Notes under the pieces: model-generated
Told to the model about the DNA's origin: nothing
Databases searched by the model: none
What the model saw: only the letters and a program-made list of their open reading frames with translations
NCBI GenBank assembly: GCA_022865705.1
Contig: JALHTG010000108.1
Location: forward strand, 627 to 64,626
Direction: 5' to 3'
Source of the DNA: Candidatus Bathyarchaeota archaeon
Lineage (GTDB): Archaea; Thermoproteota; Bathyarchaeia; 40CM-2-53-6; JALHTG01
DNA length: 64,000 bases
In this document: one piece after another, positions 9,925 through 17,926 of the stretch
Position numbering within the stretch: position 1 is the stretch's first letter
Layout: each line of letters opens with the position of its first letter
Translations under genes and position numbers: made by a program

Positions 9925-10146
9925 ATGGCTGGTGGAGAGCTGTCGATCGCAGCCGTTCATAGGCTAATTGAGAAGGCAGGGGCGGAAAGGGTTGGCGACG
10001 ACGCAGCAGAGGAGCTGAGAAGAATTCTTGAAGAACTGGCCGAACGTGTTGGAAAGAAAGCAAAAGATCTGGCGTCGCACGCAGGAAGAAGAACAGTCAA
10101 GGCAGAAGACATTCGACTGGCGATCAAGGATGTAGTTCGTGAGTGA
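9925..10146 (+). CDS. Archaeal histone (HMf-type histone fold)
   Basis: MAGGELSIAAVHRLIEKAGAERVGDDAAEEL...SHAGRRTVKAEDIRLAIK follows the archaeal histone pattern. Start taken at the internal ATG 9925. Confidence 0.85.
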   Translation: MAGGELSIAAVHRLIEKAGAERVGDDAAEELRRILEELAERVGKKAKDLASHAGRRTVKAEDIRLAIKDVVRE

Positions 10147-10276
10147 TCCAGTTCCTGTCATGATCTGGTTCTCTGCTGAAGATTCCTTCACGCTTTCAGC
10201 AAGGCAGTAGATGTTTCAGTCTATGGGTGAGGTCATTCGACTATATTCAAGGCTTCTCGCTCAAAAGTTGATCTCG

Positions 10277-10284
10277 GCGCGCGC
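10277..10284. repeat. Alternating CG run, 8 nt (GGCGCGCGCACTAG)
   Basis: Left edge of accessory island 1, between the histone gene and the PIN fragment. Confidence 0.9.
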
Positions 10285-10310
10285 ACTAGTCGTCCGCACT
10301 TTGTTCTGAG

Positions 10311-10616
10311 GTGGCTCCGGAACTGGCTGAGGATGCGCTGAACTACGCCGTGGCTTACGGTGTCGAGTCTTGGGATGGCTACCTGATCGCCTTGACGAGA
10401 AGTCTAGGAGCCAAGACCGTTTACTCCCTTGATGAAGAGCTTTCCAAGGTGAAGGAGGTTTCCGTGAACTGTCCCTTTACCAGAGAAAAGCTGGATGAAT
10501 ACCATCAATACGTTGAAGGTGTTCTCAAGAGGCAGGGTATCTCAAGCCTTATTCACAACGCTCACAAAGGGCAGAGGGCGAAGAAAGAGCATGCGCGCCG
10601 CTATCCACGCAGATGA
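10311..10616 (+). pseudogene. PIN-domain (VapC-like) C-terminal fragment
   Basis: Only the C-terminal PIN segment is present (WDGYLIALTRSLGAKTVYSLDEEL). No N-terminal acidic residues. Begins just after the CG run at 10277. The tail reads through another GCGCGC at 10593. Confidence 0.5.
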
Positions 10617-10621
10617 GATAA

Positions 10622-11257
10622 GTGATGCTTGCCAATGGGAGGGTTCGTCTTCTTCCTAACCGAGTTCGTTGCGCTCGTGCCGATCGGGCGCGCGACGCCA
10701 AGACCATTCTCTTCGTCGGCGCCCTATCCAAATGGCATGGCTACAAAGGCCTGGAGGTTCTCATCAACGCTCTCGCAATAGCTAGCAAACTGCGAAAAGA
10801 CATGGCCCTACTTGTTGTAGGCGACGGAATCCTCAAGCCAGCCTACCAGAAGCAAGCTTCAGAGCTCAACCTTTCAGACAAAGTCATCATCGCAGGAGAC
10901 GTATCAGACCAAGACCTCCCATCCTACTACGCCGCTTTGGACTTACTCGTTCTGCCAAGCAAAGACAGGTCCGAAGGCTTCGGCCTCACGATTCTTGAAG
11001 CAAACGCATGCGGAAAACCCGCAATCTGTTCCAATGTCGGAGGAATCCCCGACGTGATCCACCACGGACGTAATGGCCTCCTCGTCCCGCCGAATGATCC
11101 AAAGGTGCTCTCCAATGCGCTAGTCCTCCTTGTCGAAGACGACTCTCTGAGAACAGAGATGGGAAGGAACGGTCGGAGATTCGCAGAAGAACACGACTGG
11201 TCAAAAGTCGCAGACGCAACTGAGAAGATATATGATGAAGCTCTGCAGCAGCACTAG
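10622..11257 (+). pseudogene. GT-B (family 4-like) glycosyltransferase, C-terminal half only
   Basis: Recognisable homology starts at KTILFVGAL, right after the CG run at 10688-10694. EGFGLTILEANACGKP and GGIPDV motifs are present. The whole N-terminal Rossmann domain is missing. Confidence 0.65.
10688..10694. repeat. Alternating CG run, 7 nt
   Basis: Immediately precedes the first recognisable residue of the glycosyltransferase fragment. Confidence 0.9.
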
Positions 11258-11478
11258 GTCCTATTTCTTGTCTCGATCCTTGTTAGCAAGATCTACATAA
11301 GTTCTCCTCGCTCACGAAGAGCAACCTGGTACCTTCTACGGGCTTAAGCGAGCGAGGCTGTTGAATGGGTATAGCGCACGCTAAGGCCACTGTCTCCAAG
11401 AGGGAGGCAAAGCACAATTCTGTTTCGAAAGCAGACCTGGGGGCAGGTGAAGCAAACTAGGTCTCAGCTAGAACTATA

Positions 11479-11485
11479 GCGCGCG
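11479..11485. repeat. Alternating CG run, 7 nt (TATAGCGCGCGG)
   Basis: Intergenic, between the glycosyltransferase fragment and the HEPN/MNT pair. Confidence 0.9.
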
Positions 11486-11605
11486 GGGCTCGCTGACAGC
11501 GATACGAGCGATGGTTATCGTCTCTGCTCTAGGATCGGGATACAACTGCTTTCATGCTTGACGTTACACACAATGTATTGCTAAATAGGCCCATTCGACA
11601 CTACA

Positions 11606-12028
11606 ATGTCAGGTGGACGCCCCTTGGTTATGAGAACCAGAGACTGGTTCAGGCAGGCTGTGAAGGATCTCCAGCACGCCAAGAGGTCGTCTGATGCTGG
11701 GGATTTTGAGTGGGCATGTTTCGCCGCTCAGCAAGCCGCCGAGAAGGCAGTCAAGGCGCTTTATCAAAGTATGCATATAGACGCTATCGGACATTCGGTT
11801 TCGAGGATGATGCAAGACCTCCCTGATTCTATGAAACCACTCGAGGATCTTGTGGAGCAGGCGAAGGAACTGGACAAACATTACATTCCCAGCCGCTATC
11901 CCAACTCTCATCCGGAGGGAGCTCCCCTAGACTATTACACAGTGTCTGAGGCGCGGAGAGCTGTGGAAGGAGCAGAGACGATAATTGAGTTCTGTAGAAA
12001 TAAGATACCTGAAGATCAACTTCGATGA
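11606..12028 (+). CDS. HEPN domain protein (toxin partner of a HEPN/MNT pair)
   Basis: 140 aa. HEPN-type helices with A(A)EKAVKAL and the Rx4-6H-like segment SRYPNSH. Confidence 0.75.
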   Translation: MSGGRPLVMRTRDWFRQAVKDLQHAKRSSDAGDFEWACFAAQQAAEKAVKALYQSMHIDAIGHSVSRMMQDLPDSMKPLEDLVEQAKELDKHYIPSRYPNSHPEGAPLDYYTVSEARRAVEGAETIIEFCRNKIPEDQLR

Positions 12029-12422
12029 GATCCTCCGACGGCTAAGGGAATACGCCAAGTCCAAAGCCGAAGCACATGGAGCAAGAGCGATCGTTCTTAC
12101 AGGTTCATTGGCCAAGGGAAACTACGCTGGAACCTCAGACGCAGACGTCCTCGTCATCGCGGACAACCTTCCCAGTCAAGCACTCGAAAGATATGCTCTC
12201 TTCTCTGAACCTAGAATGCCGATCGACGTAGAGCCGCGAGTGTACACCCCAGAGGAATTCATTGACAAGATCCGCAAAGGCGACCGCTACGCGCTTGAAT
12301 CCCTCGAAATCGGCATACCCCTTCACGGCGAACAGTTCTTCAAGGGCCTCAAAAGATTCCTCACTAGCTTTCCCGGTAACCCTGGCCAGCGGCGCGCACG
12401 GCCGGCCGAATCACTGAGCTAG
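11985..12422 (+). CDS. Minimal nucleotidyltransferase (MNT) partner of HEPN
   Basis: GSLAKGNYAGTSDADVLVIAD (GSxxxG...DxD). Overlaps the HEPN gene. The last ~12 codons are encoded by GCGCGC plus GGCCGGCC (12392-12407). Confidence 0.75.
   Translation: MSSVEIRYLKINFDEILRRLREYAKSKAEAHGARAIVLTGSLAKGNYAGTSDADVLVIADNLPSQALERYALFSEPRMPIDVEPRVYTPEEFIDKIRKGDRYALESLEIGIPLHGEQFFKGLKRFLTSFPGNPGQRRARPAESLS
12400..12407. repeat. GGCCGGCC palindrome (context cACGGCCGGCCga), 2 nt after a GCGCGC
   Basis: Read directly. Lies in the 3' tail of the MNT ORF. Confidence 0.95.
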
Positions 12423-12491
12423 ACGACAAGCTGAGCACAGTGGTCCAGCATATTGCCCTTCAGCCATCCAGCGTTAAGGCTCTTGAGCCAG

Positions 12492-13004
12492 GAAAAGAAA
12501 AAGAGCAACTTAACGAATCGAAAAGATCTATCTAACTCTAGATTCTAGGCCAGGGCGTACAGCGTCCGCTAACGATCCCGTGTTCAGTGGATGGGAAAAA
12601 GGGGCGTTAGGGGATTCTTCCTCCAATCACTGAAATCAAAGTGTGCGGCGCGAGTGGTGCGCACAGACAATTCTGCCGCCTTCTAGACGAAGAATAAGAT
12701 TCCATCCAATACTAGGTGAGTCGTCCAACCCAGAAAAGCCCCGACCATAATCCATCTGATCTTTTTCAGCGATGTCAACGGCAATGCCAGCATGGCAAGC
12801 AAGATGAACGGGTAGACCCAGTAATGAAGAAGGGTCAACGGAAAGTATTCCGTTCTTAGTTCCCATCTGAACAAATCCCAAAACGTGAAGGGAACAACCT
12901 GGCTTGCTCTGACTTCCATTCGGAAAAGATGGTCTAGGTCTGGGAACTCCATCATAAACAAGACGAAAAGATAGAACAGTCTCTGAGGAGATCGTATTCC
13001 ACAT
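12492..13004. repeat. Copy A of a ~510-bp direct repeat (3' flank and C-terminal two thirds of a DUF457-like gene)
   Basis: Aligns by eye with 14643-15151. The gene-internal part is close to identical, and the 12492-12680 flank is more diverged. Confidence 0.85.
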
Positions 13005-13213
13005 CGTCTGAGAACAAGGAAAAGCGCCAGGCACATGATGGCTCCAAACAGGATGTGAGATAGGCCGGCCGTTATCACTGATGCAACTACTACGGAAGGC
13101 ACTAGAACTGCTCCGATTCCACCAAGGGGTGCAAAAGCCAGATATCCAAGTGGGATCATGGGTAGGAATCGAAGAACCGATCCTGCCAAAGCAAGAGCGC
13201 CGAGGTGAAGCAT
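12683..13213 (-). CDS. Polytopic membrane protein, DUF457/YdjM-like membrane-bound metal-dependent hydrolase family
   Basis: 176 aa, hydrophobic throughout, ends TTHLVLDG. Contains an in-frame GGCCGGCC at 13063-13070. Confidence 0.5.
   Translation of the reverse strand: MLHLGALALAGSVLRFLPMIPLGYLAFAPLGGIGAVLVPSVVVASVITAGLSHILFGAIMCLALFLVLRRCGIRSPQRLFYLFVLFMMEFPDLDHLFRMEVRASQVVPFTFWDLFRWELRTEYFPLTLLHYWVYPFILLAMLALPLTSLKKIRWIMVGAFLGWTTHLVLDGILFFV
13063..13070. repeat. GGCCGGCC palindrome (context taGGCCGGCCGTta)
   Basis: Read directly. The only copy inside an apparently intact ORF (DUF457-like, encodes T-A-G-L). Confidence 0.95.
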
Positions 13214-13399
13214 TCATCTCGTTTGAGACTTTGCTCTAGCGAAGCAAATCCAAGAGAAAACGTTCCCCGAGAGAAACGATGCCAGCCAATCCAAGTAAGG
13301 CGACATCAAAACTACGTACGGCAATTCACAAGCCGACGCAAGCAAGGGCAGTGAAAAGAAAAGGTTCACAGCCGAGAAATAGAAGAAAGCCAACATCAA
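13214..13399 (-). CDS. Small hydrophobic ORF abutting the DUF457-like gene (TGAATG junction)
   Basis: 61 aa with two predicted TM segments. No recognisable family. Confidence 0.25.
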   Translation of the reverse strand: MMLAFFYFSAVNLFFSLPLLASACELPYVVLMSPYLDWLASFLSGNVFSWICFARAKSQTR

Positions 13400-13441
13400 G
13401 ATCTTGCTCGAAGCAGACTTCGAGCTTTCTGGTCAAATGAG

Positions 13442-13453
13442 ACGCGCGCGCGT
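13442..13453. repeat. 12-bp perfect palindrome ACGCGCGCGCGT (10-nt CG run)
   Basis: Intergenic. Has the same ACG...CGT frame as ACGGCCGGCCGT at 14608. Confidence 0.9.
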
Positions 13454-13595
13454 ACCCCGATAACCGCAAGGCTCCCATGGAAGCTTCTGAACTCCGAGGC
13501 AGATTTGGTTCATGCTGGATTTCCTAGCCCGTACAACGCCTTCTCCGCCTCTATAGTTTCCGCGATCAGAAGAACCCCCACCATTCTAACATGGC

Positions 13596-13603
13596 GGCCG
13601 GCC
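13596..13603. repeat. GGCCGGCC palindrome (context gcGGCCGGCCgc)
   Basis: Read directly. Intergenic, upstream of the MazEF-like pair. Confidence 0.95.
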
Positions 13604-13716
13604 GCGAACAACGCATAGCAAACTTAAATTCTCTCCCAAGCCCGATAAGTCCCAGAGATATGAACAAACTGGTTCATGAATGGTCAGAACTCGGAAGCGT
13701 GTGTGGGTGACATAAC

Positions 13717-13905
13717 TTGACGATAGAGGTTGAGATCAAGGAGATCAAAGAGATGTTGGGAGAGTTGAACAAGAAACTGGACGCGCTTGTTCAAGAGCGA
13801 GAAACAGTGGCAATGATGATTATGTCCCAACAATCTCTCAAAGATTTCCTCATGAGTGAGCCAGACCTGTACTCTATAAGGGACGTAAAGGTAGCGTACA
13901 AGTGA
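13717..13905 (+). CDS. Putative antitoxin of the MazF/PemK-like toxin
   Basis: 62 aa with TTG start. Coiled and charged sequence. 4-nt overlap (GTGA) with the downstream toxin gene. Confidence 0.5.
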   Translation: MTIEVEIKEIKEMLGELNKKLDALVQERETVAMMIMSQQSLKDFLMSEPDLYSIRDVKVAYK

Positions 13906-14231
13906 AGGGCAAGATCGTTCTCATACACTTCCCCTTCACGGACCTAACAAGCTCAAAATTGAGGCCCGCACTGGTCTTGATGGAAGGCGAGAAGGACTGT
14001 GTCGTCGCTTTCATATCATCCAGAATACATGCGGAACCTTCATCTATGGAGATACTGATTCCAGAAGATCATAAAGAATTTGTCAGTACGGGACTCAAGA
14101 AAACCTCGGTCGTAAAGCTCGATAAGATTGCAACGATATCAAAGGATCTGATGCTCGGCGAGATTGGAGAGATCGGGGAAACTCTCCGAGTAGAGGTGAA
14201 CAGGAAACTTCGGGACGCATATCAGCTGTAG
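13902..14231 (+). CDS. mazF: PemK/MazF-family toxin (endoribonuclease-like)
   Basis: KGKIVLIHFPFTDLTSSKLRPALVL and KTSVVKLDKIATI follow the MazF/PemK pattern. Confidence 0.7.
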   Translation: MKGKIVLIHFPFTDLTSSKLRPALVLMEGEKDCVVAFISSRIHAEPSSMEILIPEDHKEFVSTGLKKTSVVKLDKIATISKDLMLGEIGEIGETLRVEVNRKLRDAYQL

Positions 14232-14529
14232 CAAGTCCTTGAATATCGAGCATGAGCGATCGTACGCAATTGGATGATGCGGTACCAGTCCGCGTTTCGT
14301 ATACATCTTTGTTTTGAAATCATTCTCCCTGAAAAGATCATCTGATGAGTTCCAACTCGGAGCATTAGAAGAAGTGAATGAAAAGCATGGCATATTGGCG
14401 TATCCACAAACAATCAATGAGGAGGGGTGAAGAGCAATAATACTCCTCATAGGCAGTTGGAGCATATCATAACTGCAAGACCTCTATTCGAACGCCTCCA
14501 AAGGCAGGTTATGGAAGCGGTGGAAAAGA

Positions 14530-14536
14530 CGCGCGC
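14530..14536. repeat. Alternating CG run, 7 nt (AGACGCGCGCC)
   Basis: Intergenic, downstream of the MazEF-like pair. Confidence 0.9.
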
Positions 14537-14607
14537 CAGCTTGGTCCGAAATCTAAGTCTCTGTGTCAAGAATCGACTTTGTACATGTTGACCGCGGGAA
14601 AGTCCAA

Positions 14608-14619
14608 ACGGCCGGCCGT
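14608..14619. repeat. 12-bp perfect palindrome ACGGCCGGCCGT
   Basis: Read directly. Intergenic, downstream of the MazEF-like pair and 18 nt before a CG run. Confidence 0.95.
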
Positions 14620-14636
14620 AATATCACAAGAAACTG

Positions 14637-14643
14637 GCGCGCG
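14637..14643. repeat. Alternating CG run, 7 nt
   Basis: Left boundary of repeat copy B. Confidence 0.9.
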
Positions 14644-15151
14644 AAAAGAGAAAGAGAAGCTTCACTAATCGAAGAGATCCACCTAGATCAGAACCTTACG
14701 TCAGGACATACAGCGCCCAATAACGATCCTGTGTTCAATGGGTTAGGAAAACGGGGTCGAAAAATCCTTCCTCCAATCACAGAAATCAAAGTGCCTGGCG
14801 CAAGTGGTGCGCGCAGACAATTCCCCCCTCTAGATGAAGAGCATAACTCCATCCAATACTAAGTGAGTCGTCCAACCTAGAAAAGCCCCGACCATAATCC
14901 ATCTGATCTTTTTCAGCGATGTCAACGGCAATGCCAGCATGGCAAGCAAGATGAACGGGTAGACCCAGTAATGAAGAAGGGTCAACGGAAAATACTCCGT
15001 TCTCAGCTCCCATCTGAACAAATCCCAGAACGTGAAGGGAACAACCTGGCTTGCTCTGACTTCCATTCGGAAAAGATGGTCTACGTCCGGAAACTCCATC
15101 ATGAACAAGACGAAAAGATAGAACAACCTCGGAGGGGATCTTATTCCACAT
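14643..15151. repeat. Copy B of the ~510-bp direct repeat, bounded on both sides by CG runs
   Basis: Starts at the last base of the CG run 14637-14643. Homology to copy A ends at 15151, one base before GCGCGCGC at 15153-15160. Confidence 0.85.
14830..15126 (-). pseudogene. Truncated second copy of the DUF457-like membrane protein gene (lacks the N-terminal ~75 codons)
   Basis: The 98-aa product is nearly identical to residues ~80-176 of the 12683-13213 product. Confidence 0.8.
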
Positions 15152-15170
15152 AGCGCGCGCTAGTATGTGG
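15146..15170. repeat. Imperfect 25-nt palindrome CCACATA-GCGCGCGC-TAG-TATGTGG
   Basis: Right boundary of repeat copy B and the stop of the membrane-protein fragment. The outer 7-nt arms are exact reverse complements. Confidence 0.9.
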
Positions 15171-15468
15171 CGCAAACAAGAATAGTGCTCAAGGCAAGCG
15201 GGACAAGTCGTAGAAAGACCGAGGGATCTAACCTTGAGATTTCCTTGATTGTGTGAAGAAGAAGGAAGAAGAATGGCCGCTCAGTGGAGAAGGCAATCCG
15301 AAAGCCCATTATGTCCATGCGACCAAGCACATAGGCATAATATCTAGCGTCTTGACCGAGAGGATATCCCCGAGACCACTGATAGCTTGAGACAAAAACC
15401 CCCAAGAGAACAGCGAAGCCAACCAGAATTCTCCAGTCGAGCCAAGTCTTTCTCGTCTTGCCGCTCAT
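15160..15468 (-). pseudogene. N-terminal ~100-aa fragment of a polytopic membrane protein (GT-C/ArnT-like N-terminus)
   Basis: The reading frame stops at a TAG immediately adjacent to GCGCGCGC (15153-15160). The fragment is too short for this type of protein. Confidence 0.45.
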
Positions 15469-15638
15469 CTCATCCGAATGAAGTAGACCACGTTTCGCTC
15501 GATTAGTGGCAAACTTACTGCCAGCCGGCTACGCATAGAAACAGACAGAAAGATGAGAATCGGCCACATATCGCCAAAACATCAGAACCCCTGAGACAGA
15601 AACAGTTTAACTGTGATTCCTGCAAGTAGGGACGATGT

Positions 15639-15749
15639 GCTCCGGTCGTCTAGCCCGGTCAAGGATCGTGGCCTCTCGGGTTGCAGGAGAAAGCCATGGA
15701 CGCGGGTTCAAAATGGTTCCAAGCCATGAAAATCCCGCCCGGAGCACCA
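15639..15749 (+). tRNA. tRNA-Glu (anticodon CUC) with two intron-like insertions and an encoded CCA
   Basis: Acceptor stem GCTCCGG/CCGGAGC, then A73 and CCA. D arm has A14, G18G19, A21. Anticodon stem GTGGC/GCCAT with CTC at 15675-15677. A 13-nt insertion follows position 37 (15679-15691). T stem GCGGG/CCCGC encloses 27 nt instead of 7, which implies a ~20-nt insertion (~15713-15732). Confidence 0.8.
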
Positions 15750-15836
15750 CATCTCTGAGTTGGCAACTCATACATATGGGCATCCTGATACTGCACTAAC
15801 CATCTCTCTGCCCAAACGAGTTCTTCGGTAGTCCCG

Positions 15837-16235
15837 TCACAGCCATTCAGACCGGATTTCATGAATTTTCTTGAAGTGTGAATCGTCTGAAAGCACGCGT
15901 CTTGACTTTGTTTCTATGCTTGTTGCGGCAACAATCGAATCAGCTGTGGGCAAGTCTCTATATTGGCATCTGAGCTTGGCGGACATCAGTGCAATCCTAG
16001 TCGTCAAATCGACTATTCTAAACCGAGAAACTATGATCGAGTTAACGCGAAGCCGGGCGGCATCTTTTCCAACGTTGTCATACATGAATTTGTGGATCTC
16101 GTGGAGCACAATCGTTGGGACTATCGCTGTCTCGCGCTGGAGTTCAGCCATTTTTCGTGAGGTTTTCTGCTTGAGTTGATCTGTGTTTGCAACATAGTGT
16201 GTCAGGAAGAAACGTGTGTCAACGGTGAGTGGCAT
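15837..16235 (-). CDS. vapC: PIN-domain toxin VapC
   Basis: 132 aa. Acidic PIN residues in the contexts VDTRFF, LHE, ADS, SDD. Confidence 0.8.
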   Translation of the reverse strand: MPLTVDTRFFLTHYVANTDQLKQKTSRKMAELQRETAIVPTIVLHEIHKFMYDNVGKDAARLRVNSIIVSRFRIVDLTTRIALMSAKLRCQYRDLPTADSIVAATSIETKSRRVLSDDSHFKKIHEIRSEWL

Positions 16236-16237
16236 AC

Positions 16238-16474
16238 TCAGTACCTGTCTTGAGTCCTCAAGCCGTCCAGCCTCTTCTTCATCTCTTCTAAGCTGATCTT
16301 GCCAGCGTCAACTCCTGCCAGGTCTTCTATGGGGGTGATGGGCTTAATGATGATGCCCTCTTTGCTGTCTCTTATGAGGACTCTCATTCCTTCTTTTATC
16401 CCGTATTTCCTTCTCTTCGTAATGGGTATTGTAACTTGGCCCTTCCTAGTGACCAGCACGATTTGCTCCGACAT
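16238..16474 (-). CDS. vapB: AbrB/SpoVT-type antitoxin VapB
   Basis: MSEQIVLVTRKGQVTIPITKRRKYGIKEGMRV is a swapped-hairpin AbrB-like motif. Start set to the internal ATG at 16474. Lies 2 nt upstream of vapC. Confidence 0.75.
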   Translation of the reverse strand: MSEQIVLVTRKGQVTIPITKRRKYGIKEGMRVLIRDSKEGIIIKPITPIEDLAGVDAGKISLEEMKKRLDGLRTQDRY

Positions 16475-16909
16475 TGCAGTTCGGTAGTACCGTAGCAAAA
16501 GGTTGTACTTAAGATGTTTATCCTGGACACAGTGGATTGTGGGCCGGACGATTTCCGGAAGCCTCCATCGAGGCAGCGGGCCTAGAGGATAGGTCACATT
16601 TCTCTTCGCAGGTTTTGAACCCAAATGAGTATGGATCCCCGCCCGGAGCATCATTGAAAAAGTCTGAGTTGTGGCTCCAGATTTCTATGTTTGGTTGTCT
16701 CTTTCTTCTTGAAGGCTTGAGTCGACTATTCGTTGCAGGGTAATAATCTTTCTTTCCAGTAGCTCTGGTCTCTGGCCGTGATAGGTTTCGTTGCGGTTGA
16801 GGAAGCGGTTGATGCGTGGAAAAGCACGCCTGGTAGGACATCAGTTTGAGTTTGTCTTGATTGTTTATGAGGCCGGCAAGCCAGTTAGAAATGCTGTACC
16901 GCGCGGAAC

Positions 16910-17116
16910 CTAGGCAGCAACTTCTTTCTTTGCCAAGGCTTGAACCATGAGAGGGACGTTCCTGCTTGCATTGAGCACCTCAAGGAACAGCGGTTCACCT
17001 TCTTTGCTCAAATGTATGACTATGTCTCCCATCTCCTCGGCATGCGAAAGGTTGCCGGAGTCAGAAACGACTATCATCAGCACGTCAGATTCCGGATCAT
17101 ACTTGAGCCTATACAT
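16910..17116 (-). CDS. DUF2283-family small protein (antitoxin-like partner of DUF4258)
   Basis: 68 aa. KYDPESDVLMIV matches the YDxExDxL signature of DUF2283. Confidence 0.65.
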   Translation of the reverse strand: MYRLKYDPESDVLMIVVSDSGNLSHAEEMGDIVIHLSKEGEPLFLEVLNASRNVPLMVQALAKKEVAA

Positions 17117-17377
17117 TGAACCTCTCCCTCTTCACTGGGTTGAAGATCAAGACGACTATATTACCATTAGCCATCTTGTAGACTACCCTGATAGCGTATT
17201 CTCGATCCAGCGGCTTGAGTGCCAACAGTTGGTCGTCTCTTCGGTCAACTCGGCTTGGCTTGCGACGGCTTCTCTGACAGAAACTTCGGAAATGTCGAAC
17301 CCGTACCTTCTCAAGAACTCGAATTTGTCGCGAGCATGCTTCGTGAGTCTGATCCTCTTCAATCTTTCAGCGGTCAA
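17109..17377 (-). pseudogene. DUF4258-like toxin gene with an apparent 1-nt frameshift
   Basis: The N-terminal frame (LTKHARDKFEFLRRYGFDISEV) stops at 17183. A second frame continues ...ALKPLDREYAIRVVYKMANGNIVVLIFNPVKRE and ends at 17109, overlapping the ATG of the DUF2283 gene. Confidence 0.55.
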
Positions 17378-17910
17378 TATGGCTCATATCGAGATATGCG
17401 CCGGAAGATGATAAAGCACTTCATCTTTGTTCTGTAATCGAGTAGGTCTAGGTGTGTGAGTCAACGCGAGAAATCTTGGCTGGAGGAAGGGATGTCGTTC
17501 TGCGGAACTTTGGATGAATCTGTTGAGGCGTTGTTTCGCTCTTGTCTCGTTAGTGGATTCATTTTTCTCTGATGTTCTTGGTTGTTTTTTTGAAAGATCA
17601 TGCTGGCAAATCCTTCTGAAGTCTGCTAGAGTCCCGTGACTTTTGTGATCTCAAAGCAGGGTGAGAGCTCTGCGCCCTGCAACTCCTGCGTCTTCCCGTG
17701 AGCCAGATATCGATGGCAGTTCTGTTTTGCGATCGTGATGCCCTTGAATCTACTGGTGAACGGCTAGATTCATGTGTTAGGAGTTGTTGCTTTGATGTTC
17801 ATCATGTCTTTGGGCGTTTTTCGGTATGTCGGGGGCCAACATATGGCTTAAATAGCGTTCGGGGACTATTCAGCTTCCATGCGCGATTTCGATAGCGCAA
17901 AAACTCTAAA

Positions 17911-17926
17911 GGAGAAATGAAAATTG
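17911..17926 (+). promoter_or_regulatory. Shine-Dalgarno-like GGAG plus TTG start of the surface-protein gene, overlapped by a 4-codon mini-ORF (ATG AAA ATT GAA TAA)
   Basis: GGAG at 17911-17914 lies 9 nt upstream of TTG at 17924. The ATG at 17918 is out of frame and stops after 4 codons. Confidence 0.4.

Noticed and set aside
11290-11350. 8-bp inverted repeat CCTCGCTC...GAGCGAGG with a ~35-nt loop
   Set aside because: This is a single short stem in a decayed intergenic region. The evidence for a structured RNA or a terminator is insufficient.
12636-13217. 193-aa alternative-frame ORF on the same strand as the DUF457-like gene
   Set aside because: The other frame gives a coherent polytopic membrane protein that is conserved in the duplicated copy. 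This frame is Ser/Pro/Arg-rich and not hydrophobic.
14232-14560. Possible decayed gene: short frames reading DDAVPVRVSYTSLF, FEIILPEKII, EEVNEKHGILAYPQTINEEG
   Set aside because: The pieces lie in three different frames and match no family I can recognise. This is too weak to call a pseudogene. The 108-aa minus-strand track ORF here also has no support.
15659-15862. 67-aa minus-strand ORF
   Set aside because: It overlaps the tRNA-Glu gene almost completely, so it is a spurious ORF.
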